Source of the DNA: Syntrophaceae bacterium UBA1062
GTDB taxonomy: Bacteria > Desulfobacterota > Desulfomonilia > UBA1062
DNA length: 62,492 nucleotides
Direction of reading: 5' to 3'
NCBI GenBank assembly: GCA_002316295.1
Contig: DCDF01000240.1
Location: 1-62,492, forward strand
Shown one piece after another: positions 61,681-62,492 of the stretch. The notes under the pieces are model-generated. The model worked only from the letters and a program-made list of their open reading frames with translations. It made no database searches and was not told the DNA's origin. Position 1 is the stretch's first letter; each line of letters opens with the position of its first letter. The position numbers and the translations under genes are program-made.

Positions 61681-62492
61681 TCAACTCCCGGTGTGCTTGA
61701 GGGCCTCTGCCTGGTAGTGGGCGGTGAGCTCGTCAACGAGCTCGTCGATATTTCCTTCCAGGATCTGGGGAAGCTTGTGGAGGGTCAGGTTGATCCGGTG
61801 GTCGGTCACCCGCCCCTGGGGGTAATTGTAGGTGCGGATGCGCTCGCTCCTGTCTCCGGTGCCCACCTGCAGCCGCCTCTGGGAGGCGATCTCCTCTTCC
61901 TGATCCTCCTGATACTTTTGGAGAAGTCTTGATCTGAGCACTCGCATGGCCTTTGCCTTGTTCTTGTGCTGGGACTTCTCGTCCTGGCAAGAGACCACGA
62001 TGCCGGTGGGGATATGCGTAATGCGCACAGCGGATTCGGTTTTGTTCACATGCTGGCCGCCCGCACCTGACGACCGGTAGGTGTCGATGCGCAGGTCCTG
62101 GGGATCGATCTGGACGTCGACCTCCTCGGCCTCTGGCAGAACCGCCACGGTCACCGCCGAGGTGTGGATCCTGCCGCTCGCCTCGGTCACCGGAACCCGC
62201 TGAACCCGATGAACCCCGCTCTCGAACTTGAGGCGGGAGTAGGCTCCCCGGCCGCTGATCCCGGCGACGACCTCCTTGATCCCTCCGATTCCGGTTTCAT
62301 TGATGCTCAGGAGCTCGACTCTCCAGCCCCTCTCTTCCGCATACCGTGTATACATTCTGAAGAGATCGGCGGCGAACAGCCCCGCCTCCTCTCCTCCGGT
62401 GCCGGCCCGGATCTCCAGGATGACATCCTTCTCGTCGTTGGGGTCCTTCGGGGTCATGAGAAGCTTTAAGGTGTGCTCGAGCTCGTGCTTCT
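61681..62492 (-). CDS. prfA: peptide chain release factor 1, N-terminus beyond window
   Basis: PVT tripeptide (RVPVTE), GGQ ([10 protein letters not shown]). The frame stays open to the window edge. Confidence 0.95.
   Translation of the reverse strand, partial: KHELEHTLKLLMTPKDPNDEKDVILEIRAGTGGEEAGLFAADLFRMYTRYAEERGWRVELLSINETGIGGIKEVVAGISGRGAYSRLKFESGVHRVQRVPVTEASGRIHTSAVTVAVLPEAEEVDVQIDPQDLRIDTYRSSGAGGQHVNKTESAVRITHIPTGIVVSCQDEKSQHKNKAKAMRVLRSRLLQKYQEDQEEEIASQRRLQVGTGDRSERIRTYNYPQGRVTDHRINLTLHKLPQILEGNIDELVDELTAHYQAEALKHTGS

Noticed and set aside
1-62492. A scan by eye for CRISPR arrays, rRNA, IS/transposase genes, retron or defence-island hallmarks.
   Set aside because: No periodic repeat-spacer structure, rRNA-like sequence, transposase/integrase motif or typical defence gene was seen. 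The SMC is the canonical housekeeping type.

Overview
This is a 62.5-kb GC-rich chromosomal segment. Nearly all of it is protein-coding, mostly on the reverse strand. I saw no rRNA, CRISPR array, IS element or integrase. Gene content (rubrerythrin/PerR, split MetH, sigma-54 enhancer-binding regulator, ETF, many acyl-CoA enzymes) suggests an anaerobic Desulfobacterota/Deltaproteobacteria-like organism, but that is only an inference.

Layout, left to right:
1. 1-9.6 kb: a beta-oxidation-like operon (SCP2, acyl-CoA ligase, ACAD, SCPx-type thiolase, two SDRs). It sits behind a textbook sigma-54 promoter and next to an NtrC-type response regulator and a PAS histidine kinase.
2. tRNA-Gly(GCC).
3. 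10.6-20.9 kb: an unusually elaborate polyhydroxyalkanoate (PHA) locus. It holds phaE-phaC, a tandem-GAF protein, phaJ, a second long PhaC with a short PhaE-like partner, a third Cys-Asp-His hydrolase (PhaC/PhaZ-like), phaR, and a family of small paralogous phasin-like proteins with apparent decayed copies.
4. 20.9-29 kb: a co-directional acyl-CoA module (Hbd, SDR, APH-family kinase, TetR, ACAD, histidine phosphatase) facing etfBA. It resembles the lva/ACAD10-11 4-hydroxyacyl-CoA route.
5. 29-34 kb: a PerR/rubrerythrin cluster plus a periplasmic thiol-relay cluster.
6. Split metH, a CoA-ligase alpha-like gene and panE.
7. A TetR-HlyD-RbbA-like-ABC2 operon that ends in a B12-type radical SAM gene.
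8. Housekeeping genes: pilZ, moaA, ogt, a minD-like gene, smc, yggT-divIVA-yggU, cca, hisD, murA, prmC, prfA.

The most novel-looking material is the PHA locus and its link to the kinase/ACAD module. All functional calls come from motif recognition by eye; no database search was possible.
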